64,000 nt of DNA from Nageia nagi (Eukaryota; Plantae; Pinophyta), in assembly GCA_050084985.1 (NCBI GenBank), contig JBITNC010000001.1:150350001-150414000 (forward strand). The letters are read 5' to 3'. The position numbers and the translations under genes are program-made. Positions 60,679 to 64,000 of this stretch are shown piece after piece (position 1 is the first letter of the stretch; each line of letters begins with the position of its first letter). The notes below the pieces were generated by a model. It saw nothing but the letters and a program-made list of their open reading frames with translations, was not told the DNA's origin and ran no database searches.

Positions 60679-61227
60679 ACTACATATGAAAATTTTCGAT
60701 ACCGGTCTGAGCAGAGAGTTAATCCTTATGACCGAGGAGCAGCTGAGAATTTTGGGGAAATTTTTTGCACAAAGATACCACCCTCAAAAAACAATTTCCG
60801 TGCTGAGGTGGAACAGGATGTGCAAGGACACAGTGTAAGTGTTCTTCCAAACACAGACAATCAAGAGGATGCTGGGAATTTGCGTGTCAAAATTGGTTCT
60901 GATGTGGAAGAAGGTGGACCATCTTCCATTGGAGCAGAGCATATTCTAGGAGAAGAAAGCCATGAAGAAGTGCAGAGTCGATATAGCAATGGCCATGAAG
61001 TTGGACCAGATGTTAAAGAGGGTTATGAGGACGCTTTTACACGTGCTATAGGTCGACCAATTTCTCCCTTAGATAGTAGTGATTCAAGAAGTGGAGTGTA
61101 TCCTAGACGCTCAAGTTGGGGTCGAAAAGGTGAAAACTGGGAAATCTCACCTGAGATACTTAGTAGTTCACTTGTCACCGAGAGTGGCCGATTCAATGGA
61201 CAGAGTACAACACCAGGAAGCAGGTAA
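60679..61227 (+). CDS. PAT8: DHHC protein S-acyltransferase, exon 5 (TTxE motif, C-terminal tail)
   Basis: TTGCAG acceptor, TTYENFRYR..NPYDRG..NFGEIFC..PPSKNNFR..RRSSWGRKGENWEISPE, stop at 61225-61227. Spliced CDS is 39+186+306+234+549 nt = 437 aa. Confidence 0.95.
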   Translation, partial: TTYENFRYRSEQRVNPYDRGAAENFGEIFCTKIPPSKNNFRAEVEQDVQGHSVSVLPNTDNQEDAGNLRVKIGSDVEEGGPSSIGAEHILGEESHEEVQSRYSNGHEVGPDVKEGYEDAFTRAIGRPISPLDSSDSRSGVYPRRSSWGRKGENWEISPEILSSSLVTESGRFNGQSTTPGSR

Positions 61228-61849
61228 TGTTGAGTGTTTATGCTACCAGTGTAGTTGTCTTAAATGAATTAAAATTATTTGCACCTTATGAACATTTTTC
61301 TGGCAGCCAACTAACAAATGGCTTGACCTTCTTGTTTGCTGGAATCTCTTTTTGGATTCCTTATTTTCTCGTAGATCTACTATGTTCATTTGTGAACACG
61401 AGTATGATTAATTTCGTTTTTATATTATCCTAATATGTATTAGAATTTCAAAAGTGAATGATATTTGGTAAAATCTTCTAGAGAAAAATTTACTTGCAAG
61501 CGAAAACAAATTATGAAAGACATTTTGGAGTTTGTTTTGCTAAAGTACATAGTTGTTATAAATCATAGATAGCACTCGTTTTTTAAGTTAGAAAAATCTT
61601 TATTAAATCCTTGACAACATGCATGATAAAAAGTAAACTATAGAAGTAGAACATGTGATTATTTTTCTGTGGGGGATGCCTTTTGAGAAGTTTCTATGCT
61701 CTGTAGAAATTTGACAGGAAGTCCCCAAAATCAATTGACCGCTATCTGCCCATCCAACTAGCAATATTACAGTGAAACATACACTAAACCAAAATTTTTG
61801 TATACACCATTACAATAATGAAGATAACATCAAGAGAACTCTCTAATAT

Positions 61850-64000
61850 GTAAGAAAATAATGCTTTGATAACAATTAAGAAGTTAATATGAAGAGGAGC
61901 TGAAGAGAAGGAGCAGAAGCAGAAGCAAATTAGTAGTGAAGGAGTAATGGTGAAGCTGTAGAAGTGAAGCACTGGTTGAAGAATCAAAAGTGAAGTACTG
62001 TTTTTTCTTTTATTACTTCGCATAAGGCCATCTAAAGGCATATAATCTTGAAGAGCATAGGTGCAACCCTAGTTAAAAATATCTTGATCTAATGGAGAAA
62101 TATCAAGCAAAATTTGCACAAATCACTCTAGTGGTGCATATAAGGACTACCCTAGTTAAAAATCACTTGATCGAATGGAGAAATATCAAGCAAAATTTGC
62201 GCAAATCACTCTAGTGGTGCAAATAAGGACTGATCTCACATCACAACGAGTCTCCCTATTATGCAATAATTAAAGTATTGGAAAATTTAATGGATTATGG
62301 CCTGGGGAAAGTGGTATGAAAAGATGGATTGATATCAAATGGAAGCCTACAGGAGGGTTTAGCATATCCCTTCTTCTGAAAGGTTTTTTATGGTAATTTT
62401 TGACTCAAGGGAAGAAACAGAAAGAGTCTTTGGAAGAGGTCCATGGTTTATGGGTAGAGCAGGTCTCTTCATGATGAGATGGTATGAGGGATTTATACAC
62501 AAAGTGTGAAACTATCAATAGTTCCTATTTGGATAAGGATGTATGGACTGCCAATATAATTTTGGGAGATAAACACATTTCAAGCAATTGACAACACGTT
62601 AGGAACTGTTTTGGACGTCACAGACACTACACGTATAAAGGATGGTGCCCTCGCAATCTATGCCAGAATACAGTGTTTTGATAGATCTAGATAATCGTTT
62701 GCTTAAGGTTATTGCTCTTAATTATGGAGATACAAACTTGGAATAAGATCTTAGACTATGAAAAATAGCCTTTAGATGTAGGTACTTCCAAAGGTGGGAC
62801 ATATTGAAAGGAATTGTCCATTGAAAAGCATAGGAGAAAAACTTGAAGAAACCAGGGCTTGGAACAAAAGGAAAGATCATGACGAAAATAGGTTTATGAA
62901 ACCAAAGAACACAGCCAAACCGGTGCAAAAATGGAGGCATATTGACAGGGCATGTGTAAGTAACAAAAAGTCCTTTGTAGTTTTGTTCGATGAAACAAGG
63001 ATTAAGCAAGACCTATTAGACCATGAGAAAAGAATTAAAAACTTGACTCATCCTGAAAAAAGGGTCTTTTATGAAGAGTTTCACTCCCAAAAGAGACCTC
63101 AAGAGAAAAATCCTACAAAGCCTGTGATTGATCCTGAATTATCATCAACTAATGACTCTATAGATTCCAGTCCTATTGCATGTACATATAAGGAAGAACT
63201 ATCACAAAGGAATAAGCAATTGTTGGTTTGTTTTAAATACGTCTGTCAAGAGAAAAGCAAATTAGAAAATGAACTTAGTAAGGAGACTGATTTTATGGCT
63301 CAATTAATAAAGATAGATTATGCAGATGAATTTAGAAGGATTCTAAGGAATATAATTATGAAGATTATTCCTGAATCCTAACAATGGGAGAGGAAGAAGA
63401 GGTAGGCCTTCAAAATCACATGTTAGGGCAAGAGAAGAAAAAGCTAGCATAAAAGAGCTTCTCATTAAAAAAATCATTGAGCTTCTAATGAGAAAAATCA
63501 ATGGTAAAAGTGGAGAGTTGGATGGGTTGCCAAATGAAACCTTGGCATAATGATTTTATGGAATATGCAGGGTATTAATATCCCAGCAAAGCAAAGGTGT
63601 ATAAAGGAGAAACTAGATATTATCTGCATTCAAGAAACTAAAATATCAAAAGATGAAATTGGAAAGATAGTACAGAATGTATGAGCATAATGTGAACTGG
63701 AAGCGATGGATTTGGAAGGGGAATCAGAAGGCCTACTGACCTGCTGGAACCCAACATGAGTAAACTGTTAAAACATTCAAACAACAAGATCATGACTAGC
63801 TATGAAAGTGGGTTGCTTCTTTACAAATTTAGGTTTTATCATTGTCAATGTGTATGGTCCTTCCACACAAAAGGAAGAATGGTTGTATGGAATGAGATTG
63901 AGATAGTTATTAGGAGAATTTATCTACAAACTCAATATATGATAATTGGGGGTTTTAACACAATTACAAACTTTGATGAGAAGTTTGGAGGATTAAGAAC
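61850..64000 (+). mobile_element. L1-clade LINE, 5' part (ORF1 and start of ORF2), decayed, continues beyond the window
   Basis: ORF1 DUF4283 motifs GKFNGLWP, GPWFMGRAGLFMMRW, VPIWIRMYGLP and knuckle remnant GHIERNCP. ORF2 endonuclease motifs LWNMQG, ICIQETK, NVYGP. 5' limit approximate. Confidence 0.88.
62066..62231 (+). repeat. 83-bp tandem duplication within the L1 5' region
   Basis: ACCCTAGTTAAAAAT...ATAAGGACT at 62066-62148 and 62149-62231. Confidence 0.92.

Noticed and set aside
33998-61227. ORFs 33998, 37311, 49856 and 60673 as separate genes
   Set aside because: They are exons of one spliced gene, read through into intron sequence.

Overview
AT-rich land-plant nuclear DNA, probably gymnosperm (inferred from the very long TE-filled introns and a Tat retrotransposon with PR-aRH-RT order). 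Positions 1-26 kb are nested transposons. A decayed CACTA element (transposase 3' end at 1-1470, putative terminus 26014) hosts a 5'-truncated L1 LINE (2141-5016, 10-bp TSD) and a full-length Ty3/gypsy Tat element (5898-25243, 1778-bp LTRs, TSD GTTAC). The Tat element in turn carries a Ty1/copia element (7705-13602, 459-bp LTRs, TSD GCTCA) inside its PBS. Positions 27.3-61.2 kb hold one intact host gene, a 5-exon DHHC protein S-acyltransferase (PAT8-like, 437 aa). Its four introns (3-12 kb) contain hAT elements and MITEs, non-L1 LINE pieces, LTR remnants and hairpins. An L1 LINE starts just downstream of the gene and runs off the window. The most notable observations are: (i) an L1 carrying an extra third ORF between ORF2 and its poly(A), with a motif pattern resembling plant-mobile-domain/extra-ORF proteins; (ii) a 7-copy array of bulged hairpins with compensatory substitutions in the copia 3' UTR; (iii) polypurine tracts repeatedly placed in hairpin loops; (iv) a pre-miRNA-like intronic hairpin. 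All assignments are by eye; no searches were run.
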